Assembly (NCBI GenBank): GCA_023515725.1
Contig: JALDTO010000237.1
Coordinates: forward strand, 186,001-250,000
DNA length: 64,000 nt
DNA from: Amoeboaphelidium protococcarum X5
Taxonomy: Eukaryota; Fungi; Aphelidiomycota
Direction of reading: 5' to 3'
In this document: positions 41,193 through 54,325 of the stretch, in pieces
Numbering within the stretch: the stretch's first letter is position 1
Layout of the letters: every line of letters begins with the position of its first letter
Program-made: the position numbers and the translations under genes
The notes under the pieces: generated by a model
Databases searched by the model: none
What the model saw: the letters and a program-made list of their open reading frames with translations, nothing else
Told to the model about the DNA's origin: nothing

Positions 41193-44100
41193 TCAATCTT
41201 CATCTTGCTCACTTCCGCTGTCCGACGCGTCATCTTGATCACTGGGCGAAATAAGTTCAACCATTTCAACTTTGAATCCATCTTATGTCCAGCCTTTCTA
41301 CATGGCATCAGTCATTGCAGGCATAGTAGTGGCAAATCCAATCGATTGCAGCGGATCGGTGAACTAACCCAAATACTGTTCAAATGCAGAGGAAATATCA
41401 GCTAAAGTGACCTTCTCAATCTGATCCAACATCCACTGCAAACGATGTTCCTTCTTCAACCCCTTAAAGACTGAGGAGATAAAAGATTCACTAGCCGCAG
41501 AGTGAACATTATCCTCACATTGAACCAGCGAGTAGAACAAGGAGCTCTTGGCACATTTTAGAAGCTGTTCATTCCATTTCAACTTTTAACTCGCATAGTC
41601 CTTCAATTCTTTCGTCACCGCTCCATACGCCTCATACCCATTTGGACTCCTATACACGCGATAATAAATCATTCCCATTTCTATTGAGATCTTCATGGAC
41701 ATATGGTACGCCAGTCCCTGACCACGAACAGATTTCCAAAATGGTCCCTCTAGCATGGTCAAATACTCAATTACAGTCATGAGAGATGGTAACATTGGAT
41801 CATTGTATGCAGTGGGTCCTTTGACATAGAACTGCATGTAAGAACTTTCAATAGATTTTATAGGACACAAAAAGACTTATCCAAGCAGCGGTTCCGTATC
41901 CGTCATTAAATCACGAGCTAACACTGGGAATTTATTAACTGCTACTGGCGCTTAGTCCCCTAATGCGAAGCTCTATTCTAAATGATCACGCAAATCTTTC
42001 GTCAGACTCTAACCACATACACCGTGTATTACGCAATGAGTTTTCTAAGCCAAGTCAGCACGCACAGCTTACAATGTTTATACCAAAGTGGAATCAGGAT
42101 TACAAGAGTCCAGAAATTCCTTCTACATTGACACAGTGCTGAGGTACTAGGCAGAATCGCTCTGAAACAACTTTCTACGTACCAAATCGTTGAGCATATA
42201 ACTGCCATCACGGATGTAATCTGGTATTTCACCCAGCAAACGATCTATGCTAACTTTGACTCGCTCCTCAGTAACTTGAGAGTGATTAATGACGTATCCT
42301 AACCATTTGACTGCATCTTAGACTTTGCTATTATGCGCCTTAACTTCCAACACGACATAAGACGCAAAAAGGCCACAAGTGAAGCTAGATCCAGCACCGA
42401 AACCTAGAGAATTACCATACGCAATAGTATCTTTGGTCAATCCTTATACGACATCTTCAGATGAAAGTGTAATTCCATCAGGCTTAAGCACTGGAAGAGT
42501 GAAGATGCAATCCATCAAAATCTCCAGAAGCAATTTCTAGGACTGATCCCATCCTGATACATCAACGATATACTCAACACTCACAAATTCAGTATCCACA
42601 ACACTGACGTATTTTAAGTCAGAGCCGCTAATAGAGACTCTCGCCTTTTTACGCTCTGGAGATGACACAAAGCCACCATTCTAACCATCAGTATTAACAA
42701 CTGTGACAGTAGGATCTGAAACTTGAATCAACTTGGATTTATCAACAGTGAACGCACCAAACTTCTACAGCACTTCATGAGGAATAGGAGTGTCATTTTC
42801 TTTTGCAGAATCAACCACCAGCTAATCAAGCCTTTTCAACTCCTCTTCAGACTTTCCCTTACAGAACTACTGGCAATACTAGCGATCTTCATCCTCAATC
42901 TCTTTACCCATTTTCAATGATGGTTCACTAATAATCACACAATGATCCTTCGATGTAATACTGCTCGTCAACAGATCATTCCAATATTATGACGACTAAT
43001 CTAAAAGAGCAGAGTAAAAGTCCACAAAAGCAAACGACATGTCTTCATCTGACTGTCCATACATAAACAGCGGGATGATATGACGAACAAAGTAAGACGA
43101 TGGATCAGTCTCCACCGTGTCTTGCAGATTAAGTATTCTACGCTGCACAATACTCTTGATACGGTCCATATCGATCGAATGAGATTGCAATACTTTATAT
43201 AAAAGCCCTTCAATTTATGAGAGATGATCAGTATTAGCACCAACAAATTCAAGAGATACTCCAACATCACTGTAATGCAACAGCGAATAGTCAACATCGC
43301 TAGCATATACAATCTTATCATCATTTTGGCCCTCAACAAATACCTTCTACAACACGGCCAATGAGGAATCTGTAAGATACTCCATCAGAATCTCAACAGC
43401 GACTTGGTCACGAATCATCAACTTTTTCTCATCCAATGATGAATTAGCAACTGTACAAGGGTTGTGTCCAATTCTCCATCCTATCAGCACCGAACCGACA
43501 CTATTATCATCGGATGGAAACTTGACATACTCCACTTTGTTACCACAATAAGCCTGTGGGAAATATCCACTCCAGACTTTAGATTTAATCTAGAAATTGT
43601 TCTGCTCAGTGTCATGATTAACATACGAGTCAAGATCATCCAAATGAGACGATAACTGATGCTATTCAATACCACCACAGACTATAATCAAGATCTGGGA
43701 TGTATTATAATGCTACTTGTGAAAGTCTCTGCACTCTTGAGCCTTCAATTACCGCAACTCTTTTACAAATCCACCAGTCTCATAAGATAAGGAACTCCCG
43801 CCATAAAGTGCACGGTGCAGTGCTAGATTTGACAAGTCCTCCATGGTATTCTAACGAGCCTTCATCTCGCTCACCACCACACCTCTCTACTCACCACTGC
43901 TGGTGTGATGAAATACTTCAGTTACGTATGCAGAATCAGTCAACGTGGGATTCAGGATATGATCAATATACACTGGCAGAATCTTCAACATTCCATCAAC
44001 AGAAGCCGTAGTAACAGTGTAAGCCGTATGATCAACATCAGTCCAAGCATTAGTACCATTAGAGACACTCAGATTAGCCAGTTGATCTAATGTGCCTTTA

Positions 44101-44276
44101 AACGGAAAATGCTAACTTCCCATAAAGATCAAATGCTCCAGAGTATGTGGCAGACCTTTATCATTATCAGCCTTCGTGGGAACGACAATGGTAGCATGGA
44201 TGATGGGACTCTTTGTATGGATATGCAACACCTTAAGCCCCTTCTTTGAATTCAATAAACTATACTTGACCGTCAT
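41193..44276 (-). CDS. M16 (insulinase-like) metallopeptidase, SDD3/YOL098C-like
   Basis: GLPHTLEHLIFMGS (HxxEH), GTNAWTDVDHTAYT, GVVVSEMQ, EGPFWKSVRGQGLAY. Confidence 0.9.
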
Positions 44277-44561
44277 ACTTAACCTGATAGAATAGAATAC
44301 AAGTTTTCAACGTGACAATAAGTATACTTTCGAGGTTTACAGTTAAACTACGTAGAACAGACCAGAGAAGAAATCTACACTGAAGAAATCTCTCGACTGT
44401 GTAAAGAGAAAGAGGAGGACGCGACACTAAACAATTTCAATGTTTTCCACCAGACGCGAATCAAAATTCTGTGTGGAATCTGAAAACACTTTTTTGAGAT
44501 ATCTCTCTGCTCTGTGCACAGGAAAACAGAAGTGACGTATTAAGAGGTTCAGTATTAAAAA

Positions 44562-45791
44562 ATGACTGTGAAACTGAAACCATTTATTCCGGCTTTAAAT
44601 AATGTGAAACCGGCCGTGGTTAGGAATACCTAATAGTAGTTAAGACGTCAGCGATTGATGAAAGACCCTCTATCTGAGACATTATCACCAGCGTAAGGGA
44701 AGGAGAATACTGCAACTACCAAGACCGGACGCGCTTAATAACTCAATAACCACGTTTAGAAGCCTGATGGTGCTACATCTATAAATGGTAATATCAATTC
44801 TAATCCATCTCAGACATCTTCTGCATCTCCTATAGGGAAGCGACCGTGGTATTATTCCAAGTGGGCTATTGCTGGTCACGTAATCGTTGTATATGCGGGC
44901 GTTTCGTATTACATTTAATAAGTATACGGAGAAAAGATTAAGCGTTCGCTGTAAGTTGACATAGCAGGTAGTAGTTCTGCTGGCACTCTCTAATCATCAC
45001 AATAGACTTCTCTAGCGCTCAATGCCGTCAGTACCGAGGAAAATAAAGCGAGTGGATCCGTTTTTGATAAAATAGCTTCAATGTACGATTCCAAGATTGA
45101 TTTGGATGAACTCATGATGGGTATCAAGGCGTTCAGGTGGTGGATTATTCGACAGCATGCGCGCGGAGATGTTCTTGAAGTATCTTGTGGTACTGGGAGG
45201 AATTTAAAGTATTATCATGGAAATAATATCTAAAGTATTCACTTGTTAGATTAATCCCCACATATGCTTGAAATTACCTAACAAAAGGTAGACAATTATC
45301 GTAATCTTTCATCTATCCCTACTAAAGTAGAATAGGCTGATGCAACGCGACTACTCTGTCCAGACAGCACATATGACACTGTGATTGATACTTTTGGACT
45401 TTGCAGTATTTTGACTTAGAGTGAATCTGGAATTAAATAGGACCACAGCCATGATAACCATAATGAGGAACGCGACGTCACAGATGCCTTGAATGAACTG
45501 GCGCGCGTATGTAAGCCTGATGGCAAAGTTCTCTTATTAGAACATGGTCAGAGTAATTATGAATTTGTGGAGAAGGCTCTTCGGGATGGTGCTGAGACAC
45601 ATCTCACCAATTGGGGCTGTCGATGGAATCGTGACATTGAACGGCTAGTCAGATCTAGTAATTTGGAAATTGAGTACATCAACAGATGGAACTTTGGTTC
45701 TACGTACTATATTGTTGCTCGACCCAAGAAATCAGATGCTGATACGTTGATGGATAGTTCTACTCTGTCGCTTTCAACTTAATCACTGTGA
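44562..45791 (+). CDS. OMS1: SAM-dependent methyltransferase, OMS1-like
   Basis: GDVLEVSCGTGRNLKYY, YDTVIDTFGLCS, GKVLLLEHG, WGCRWNRDI; N-terminal TM segment. Confidence 0.85.
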
Positions 45792-45883
45792 TAAATAAGA
45801 GATTTACTTTAGAGTTCCGTTTTCTCCTCTTATTGGAACTTCCTCTTTATCACCAACAATTTGAATTTTTCGGGAATTAGATA

Positions 45884-46340
45884 ATGTTTGAGCCTTTGAA
45901 GTGTAATAATACTGATTCCATATGTATAATTAATATATTCAAAGTACGTGCGTGTAGCGATTGAGGGATGGGTCGTTATGGTGGCTGGTGTCCATTAGGA
46001 GGCGGAAGAGGACTCGGTGATTGACAAGTTTAGTGATTTCGGTAAGGTGTAGAGCATACATATGAATCTCGACCGAAGGACCGGATTCGCTAAAGGATAC
46101 GCATTTATAGAATATGGAGAGTACGAAGAAGCACTGGAAGCTATTAAGAAGATGAACAACACAGAGTTGTATAATCAGATAATCCGTGTTGATTTCGCGT
46201 TCAAGAATGGCCCATCTTCAGCGACCCGTCGACAATTGTTGAATTCTCCTGCTAATGCTACTAAGCCGAAGGGCAATGTTGAACAACATTAAAATATTAG
46301 AAGGGAACGATCGAAAAGTCCTACTGCAGCGAAGGACTGA
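45884..46340 (+). CDS. RBM8A: Exon-junction complex RRM protein Y14 (intron 45903-45957)
   Basis: SIEGWVVMVAGVHQEAEED, HMNLDRRTGFAKGYAFIEY, VDFAF. Confidence 0.93.
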
Positions 46341-46419
46341 TAGTATCTATTTGTTGATAATACATTGTACATTAGATTACTCACTCTTCTTTAAAGAAAA
46401 GTTCATCATCACATTCATC

Positions 46420-47435
46420 TCATCTCTATTACTGCTAATCTGATTATGACAAGTTCTTGCTCTTTTACTTGCGCCACTCAGCGGCCAATTGCTTTACAGT
46501 TTCAGCAAATTTGAACTTTTACGCGTCTTATGATGTATAATCATCTTTCATCCTGCCTTCCATGATCTCCTTCCATCGCTGACTCATGAAAAGGTGATAA
46601 TCGTTAATGACAATGGATCCCTTCCTCTTACGCTTCTTCTACTCGCCAAACAGATTATGCATCGTCGCTTTACCATGAGCAGTGGTTAGTTGACTACTAT
46701 ATTCCTCTTTTTTAACTAGTCGCTGATACACAGATTTCTACTCTGAATCCAAAGATTTCCATCTATCCGCCAGGATGTTGACGATAGCTGCAAACGTTAT
46801 ATTCTTATCAGTGTATTCATCATAATGAGTTTTTACAAAGAGCTACCATGCTGAGGTGACAGCAGGTTGCGCCTTATCGCCGAGACTATGGAAATTTACA
46901 ACTTGTGCTTAATCGCGAATATCAGCCGCCCTTGTAGCATATTCCTACATACAGTATATTGCATTATAGCTTTATCGCGGCAAATGATAAACACAATAAT
47001 TCAAATGTATCTTACAATTTTCTGAGATGGAGACATTTCGCGCCATTTCGCAGCAATTTCTTTCATTATGCTCCTAGCGCCATCCTCTCTATGATGTGCC
47101 CGCTCCCTGTGCTTGGCGAATTCATCCTAAATAAATACTGTAAATCCGGACATTCGCGAGCTAGAAGTGACCTCACCATCCGCTTCATTACTCTGAGATA
47201 TCTTGACTTTGTGTACAATTTAATCCAGGTACTATTTATTCAATTGTTTAGCTCGCACTTGATATTGGACGCGGTCTGACTGAGGCAACTGATGCCATTC
47301 AGCTGAGGCATCCTTGATAGTTTTCTATAGAGTATCAAATGCCTTATTATTCTGCTTCATTTTATCAAAATAATCACGTAAAAAGCATGTATAAGACGTG
47401 GCTCTTTTCACTTTTAATGAATTTAATTTTATCAT
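46420..47435 (-). CDS. Multi-HMG-box protein (about 4 boxes; intron 46945-47015)
   Basis: Repeats such as SGFTVFIQD..IAAKWREMSPSQKIEY, SAWQLFVK..LADRWKSLDSEQKSVY, NDYHLFMS..LAAEWRK. Confidence 0.75.
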
Positions 47436-47811
47436 TTTACTCCATAAGTTGATCAGTAAATTCCTATCAAGAGACGATTAGCTTTGCAGGGCTACTCCTT
47501 CTTTTGAGCGGAATTGTAGTCGGAGTCAACTGTTAACAAATCTATAACAGCTTATCTTTTTATCAAATGGCTCTGTCATTGGGAACCAAAAAATTTCTTG
47601 TCGTGATCGCGTCAATGTACGTGGGCACTGAGGTGACTTAGTACATCATGAAGCCTCAACTGGTAAGATTAAATTACGACTTATGCAGTGATATCTCTCC
47701 CGTGACATGTGTAGTCTATTCCATCCGATCCTTCAAAAATACAAAAGAAATGACAAGTATAATGATCATAATTACATAGTAGATTTTTGTATATATTCAA
47801 TTAATACAATG

Positions 47812-48201
47812 TCAATCCACGTTCTATTTAAAAAGTCTTTGTTATACGCGTTGAGGTAGAATACGTCCCCACATTCTCTCCAGCACATGATTGAAGTAGT
47901 ACGATTTCCCAGATACTCGACCAAGACTGTAAAGGATTAAACTGTACACCGGCATAGTGGTCATTAGATACATAATCTTGAAAGACCACGGACTGTTGTT
48001 AAATAGAGTATACTTGGCGTTTGTGTTGTCAGCGAACGCATCTACCATGATTGTGTGATGCAAATACTACACTGCAGGTCTCACCACCAACATTGTGCTA
48101 GATCCTGTGACTGCAAACACACCCATAATCACAGAGCTATCCATCCACCATTATCTACTATAAAGCGGCGCCTTGGACAAACGCGTCAGAAATTAACTCA
48201 T
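47812..48201 (-). CDS. Small two-TM membrane protein (DUF6787-like)
   Basis: IMGVFAVTGSSTMLVVRP and MPVYSLILYSLGRVSGKSYYF..RMWGR. Confidence 0.6.
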
Positions 48202-48434
48202 CCCTTAGATGTCGATACTGATTATTAAACAATGAGGAACGCAATTCTAATGTTGGTGAAATCAAATGTTCGCTTACCAAATGACACGCGAAAAGTTCTT
48301 TGTAAGCACTTAATTCAATTCAAAAATCAATTCATCATATATTTTATTACAAATCATCATCATCATCATTATATCAAAAACACAATCATGGTATATAGAG
48401 CAAGAGAGAGAGAGATGGCAAATCCAATTAGTAA

Positions 48435-49211
48435 TCACTTACACGGAGAATGCAGTCCGGCTCTTGACGGACGTCCAACAGATTGACAGTAGCCGTTCGC
48501 AAGAGTCTTGCGCTGATGCTTCTTGAAACCATCCCAAGTCTTTATGTGCTTGTGACAATTTGGACATTTGTATCCATCTTTAGAGTGGACCTTGATCATA
48601 TGGCTGCTATACTCTAGTTGACTGTTGAAATAGTTTGGCACCAGACATTGAGAGCATTTAAACAGTTTACTCTTTACGGCACCATCGCCGTTCAGGATAT
48701 CCATTCTTAGAGGTGGCAACATCACCGGACATCGCGCATTATCACCACACACCTTCTTGAATGGAGTCTGCAAATTAGGGAGTTTATTCTCCTTTCCTTC
48801 AACATCACCATCGACTTCCTTCTCTTCGTTAATAGCACGTTTACTCTTCAAAGAGGCATTCTGTCTGAATGGAAACAGATTAGGTTCGCTATTGAATGGC
48901 AGGTAGAAGAGAGGAGGACTGACGATCACGCGCGGATCCAGAAGCTGGGTGGTGACATCGAATCCTAGAAGCGGCGTAAATTCAGAGAGAATAGCCGGTG
49001 ACAGAGGAGGTGAGTGGCGCTAATTATTCAGCCATTCTTCAACAGGATCATAGCATTATTCTTCAAGAGATAGATTGTGGGGGATATCGAGGATCGGCAA
49101 AGGTTGTTTTGTTTCAGATGATTTGTCGTCGTTAAGCAACGCGCTGATGTCGCATGTACTTGGACGCGCATTAGCCAGTTATAATTGACAATTACTATTG
49201 ATATTCTCCAT
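48435..49211 (-). CDS. C2H2 zinc-finger transcription factor
   Basis: FKCSQC..YSSHMIKVH and YKCPNC..FKKHQRK; N-terminal DISALLN motif. Confidence 0.75.
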
Positions 49212-49627
49212 TGATATAAGTATACTGCTGTAGAATATATATTTACTTATGAGTTGTTGACTGCCGAGTAGAAAGAAGAAGTTCAAGATCAAGTGGTTCT
49301 AAATCGAATTTCAAGCTTTGCTTTGCCAGTCCCATTTTGATTGGATGTTTAATGCACTCTAGAAATAGAAAGTCTGGCAAAGCTCCTGATGTGCTGTAAA
49401 TTATACTGGCTAAGAAAGAATTTCAATGCACCAATTTAATCAACACTATGAAGAGAAATAGATGACTGTACAATTGTTTCGAACTTGATTGTAATTTTTA
49501 CTCCTCTATGGTCGCTCTTCTTGTTCAGACGTCATCAGGTTAAAGTTGGTTGCTTTATCATTTGAATTGTTAAAAGTTCAATTGGATTACTGTGCTTGAC
49601 GCTTAGATTTACTGTATTTATCTGAAA

Positions 49628-51541
49628 ATGTCCACTTTAAACTATGAAGAGGAATGGCTGAAAGCACAAGCGTTTAAGTAATAATTACTGTCTAAACTTC
49701 AAGATGATCAGGCTGCAGAGAATGTTGCTGATTACTGGGAGAGAAGTGTGCGTCTGTTCAAGGACTTGCCTTGTATTGCTAGCGTGGATAATGACGTGTA
49801 GTTTACGTATGGTTAGCTGGATCGCATTGCGTCATGCATTGCTGCATGGAGTGTATAGTACATTTAAAAGAGTACATAGAAAGTATCCTCGTAACCGCAG
49901 TAGACCAGATGTATTGCGTTTGTTAGTAGAAACAGCTGCTTATATCCCGCGGTCACTATTGGATTAGCTAAAGTTGGCTGGACTATTGCGCTCATTAATT
50001 TTAATTTAAAGGGAGATTTGTTGGGACATGCTATCAAGATTGCCTAGCCATCGCTTTGCTTAGTTGATGAGGGATCCGTTGATAATGTTAAAGAGGCCTT
50101 ATCCGGTGGAGAGTATGCATCTCTGTCTCATCTGCCAATTTATACTCTATGCACGGACTAGGATGCAATGCATTTTTTAAATAAGGAGAAGATTGAAGAT
50201 AAAATGTCTACTAATCTTCAGCGATAAATGGTTGACTGGTGGAATTTTACTAGCTACACTTCTGATGAATTAGCCAGTCACAGACGCCATGTAAATCAAA
50301 GGGATCCTTTTGTCTACATTTACACGAGCGGTACTACGGGAGCCTCAAAGGCTGCTAAATTCTCTCACAAGCGATGGATTGGCTGTGGATTGAATTGGAG
50401 TTACCCATCGAAAGCTGAGACTGGATGCAGCTATTACATCCCTCTGCCTCTGTATCATGGAAATGGCGGTGCTGTTGCACTTTCGACCGTGTTCATGAAT
50501 GGTATGCGCGCAGTGATCAGAGAGAAGTTTTCTGTCAGCCAATTCTGGACCGATATCTCCAAATGGTAGTGCAGATACATGATTCATGTTGGTGAGCTGT
50601 GGAGATACTTGACCACTCTGCCCGCTGATAAAATCCCAAAAGAGCATCCTCTGCGTGTCATTGTGGGAAACGGTCTTAAGGAGGAGACATGGCGGTAGGT
50701 GATGGCTATGGGCATTGAGCGTATAGTTGAACACTATGGCTCTACAGAAATGCCTGGAGATTCCGTTGTTCAGTGGTTTAATGTAGTTGGCAGTTGTGGC
50801 TATGTGCCGCCGCAATAGAAGCACCTGTATTCTGGGGTGTTGGTCAAGTATAATTTGGGAGAGAAGTGCCCGGTGCGTAATGCTGCTGATGGCTTTATGA
50901 TTGAGGTTCAAGTTGGTGAGAGTGGAGAATTGATTATGCCTCTGGATGACGGCAAGTATGATGGTTATTTAGATTAGAGCTAAACTGAGAGGAAATTGTA
51001 CCGCTCCGTATTTCGAGATGGTGATGTCTGGTTCTCTACTGGGGATTTGTTGAAGTGTACTCAGGATGGTTTCTATTACTTTGTCGACAGAACAGGTGAC
51101 ACATTTAGATGGAAGGGCGAGAACGTGGCGACTGTAGAGGTTGAGAACATCATATACAAGTATCCTGGAGTATAGGAAGCTAATGTAGTGGGCGTTGCTG
51201 TGGAAGGATATGAGGGAAAGGCTGGTATGCTTATACTATCATTGAACGGCGACGACAAGAGTTAAAAATTCAATCTTGCAGACTTCTCGTAATACGTGGA
51301 TGCGAAATTACCAAAGTATGCAGTGCCATAGTTTATAAGACTGCTATCCAATGTAGAGAATGGCAATGAAAAGACTAGCACATTTAAATATCGCAAAGAC
51401 AGGTATGTCAAAGAGGGATTCGATCCGGCCATTGTAAAAGATGATCTATACGTATTTTAAAGATACAAAGACCGCGTCATATATACTAATCTATCGACTG
51501 GCGTGTACCAGAGCATTATAAGTATGGATATGAAATTGTGA
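49628..51541 (+). CDS. FAT1: Fatty-acid transport protein / very-long-chain acyl-CoA synthetase
   Basis: YIYTSGTTGASKAA, PLPLYHG, YGSTE, GDVWFSTGDLL, FVDRTGDTFRWKGENVATVEVE. Confidence 0.93.
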
Positions 51542-52129
51542 AACTATAATTATTCATTGTTTAACAATTTTGTCCATCATTTAATCTCGATACTAAGTCA
51601 GTTGTTATACGCGATTCTCCTACTCAATGTGTTATCGATCGATTATAGCATTAGCAAATATGATAACATACCTTATATTTGACAAGAACATAGTGATTTA
51701 CTTTGACAAACACGTAAGCTGAGACGTAGACACTGAACACAATCCTAGCGCCTTTCTTTATCCGCGCAAACGTTGTGATCCTGTCGGACATAGTTCGTTC
51801 TTTACAGTAGTTTGCTGTTTCTCCTGTTGTCAAGACGCGAAAGAAAGAGAGAGAGAAAAAAGCGATCAAACGTTCATAATCTTACCGGGTATCATAAGAA
51901 TGACTCCTCTAAAAAACTATCAACTTCTGGTACGATATATCATATCCATCTAACGTTTGAACTCGATCTTAATGAAATTTTATATTTTCACGCGTTCACA
52001 TATTATCACCATGACAACTGCTATTATCCACATCGAGACACTATATTTTTATGATTGAGCATCTTGACACCGCACACAAGAGTTGTTTCATCTAAAGAGA
52101 AATCTAAAATCTATATACAGTTGCTTAAT

Positions 52130-54325
52130 ATGAAATTGTTTGAAGCTGTGAATGCAGCTGCAACTGGTGCTTTAAATGCGGCAAGTGTAGTGGCAAATCT
52201 CTATTTCACCGTGTTTGTTGTCTATCCGATAAAGGCCTCCTACACTGTAGTGACCGCCCCGTATTAAATCACTGTTAAAAGTTTTTCTCTTGCAATCAGT
52301 ACCATGAGGTAAACTAGGCGAGTGATCAGATATGTCATTCCAGGTGGACATAGTAGCAGTGGTAGAAAGATTCCACCATTGAGTAAAGAGTACATGACAT
52401 CTATAGCGAAGGAAGAGAATGATCTGCACAAGACATATTCCGTCATGTCTGGCTATATCTTGCTAGTAAAGGAGGCTGAGTACGATGCAGATGTTGTTAT
52501 CGCGTTGAAACCTCGCGACATTTAAAAATTTCTGGCCAAGAAGATCAGCAAAGGACCCAAATCTCCGTAATAACAAAGTACTGCCGAAATGGATATATCA
52601 GTGGTGGATAAGCATGGCAAGAACTATAGAAAGCAGTTTATTGATAAGCATCTTAGATACGCAGATATCGTGGCATCTGATGGTATCCTTAAGATTTACA
52701 AATCTGGCGTGGACAAGTCCAATGGAACATTGATCAACCTGCGCGACTTCTCTGTGGAGTTGATACAACCCCAGAGTTCAGCGCCTGGCCGTTAATTTTC
52801 ACGCATCCATCCCATCAAAGTATCTCCACGTAGCAACACTGAGGAGGGGCAAGTGTATTATATCTACGCTCCAACTGGCATTGAGAAGGAGCAATGGTTT
52901 ATCAGTTTGAGTAAGGCTAGTAATCGCGTTCAAACTGAGGCCTATGTATAATCACACAAAAATTACATGGATGAAGTGATCAGTCATGTTGATCAGTTGA
53001 ATGGGCCTTCATCATCTACTCCATCAGTTGATTTGATGTGTTTGAACCTGATTCTAGGCCGGATGTGGGCTACTTTATGTAATCAGTAGCACGTAAACAC
53101 CTTCATCAAGGACAAGCTGGAAAAGAAGTTGGCACGTATGAACAAGCCCAAATTTGTTGGTGATCTCGTTATTAAGGACCTGTATACTGGTTCAAGCTTG
53201 CCTGTATTCTCCAACATTCACGATGTAAAGTATGACAATTATGGCCAAGTGTCATTTCTGGCCAACGTTCATTATAATGGTAGATTTCGCATAGAGATGG
53301 AAACTGAGGCCAAGTTTGATGTCAGTAGTATAAAGTCATACAAGGTGAAGCTATTGCTCGAGTGGATTATTGAGGAGGTAAGAGGTGAGGTTATGATTAA
53401 GATTCCCCCATTGCCTTCAACGCGTATATGGTGGGCGTTCACTTAATTGCCGTTTATGAAGAATCAGATCAGACCAGTGGTGAATGAGTAAAGCATTAAA
53501 ATGGGCCTGAGTATGATCAAAGATGCGTTCGAGTCCAAGATCGTTGAAGCAATGGAGGATGTCATTGTTCTACCCAACATGGATGAGATTTAGATTTGGA
53601 AATGTGATGGTAGCGATATCGAATGGGGAGTGGTCAGGCGCGGTGAGTTGGTTGAGCATCCCAACGCGTAGCCGTATTTGATTGATAAGTAGTAGATTCA
53701 ACTTGGTAATAAGAAGGGAAAGAAGCATAAGAAGGATCAGTCATCCACATCTTCCAATGGCTCAGATGTTATCACGGAATAACTTTAGAGTAGTCTCTAG
53801 TAGCTTTAAGATTAAATGCCAGCTATTGAAGAAGATTTTGGAAATATTAATTCTGATCGACGCAAATCTACCTCATCTCTGGCGTAAATTCTGAGTGAAA
53901 ACAATGGAATGACAACATAGGAGAAATTGGAGCTGGCTGCCGAGTCTATTCCAGCTTTAAATCTATCGCCTAATATGAGTCGTAAGAATAGGTTCTCACC
54001 GTCACAGTCTCAGCGTGTCATGGGTGATCTTGCTAATGTACTGGCTCCTGGATCAGCTAATTCAGGCCAAAGTCAAAGCGGTAGTAATAAAGTTTAGGAA
54101 TCATCCAAGATTATGCAATGGGCATCGTTCTACTCTCAGCAAATCAAGAAAGGTAGTGGTCATTAGCGTGAGAAATCAGGTGGCGGTATCACAAAATGGG
54201 GTATGAGAAAGCCTTCAACGACCACTACTGATAATGGAAATGGTTAGGAATAGAGTCCCACCACCATGGTGTCAACGTCTAGTCTGTCTGTGATTCAGGA
54301 TACAAATAGTGAGATTTCACAATGA
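52130..54325 (+). CDS. PH + SMP-domain lipid-transfer protein NVJ2/TEX2-like
   Basis: PH YIYAPTGIEKEQWFISL; SMP LNLILGRMW..KDKLEKKLARMNKPKFVG, PPLPSTRIWWAF, VLPNMDEI. Confidence 0.85.
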
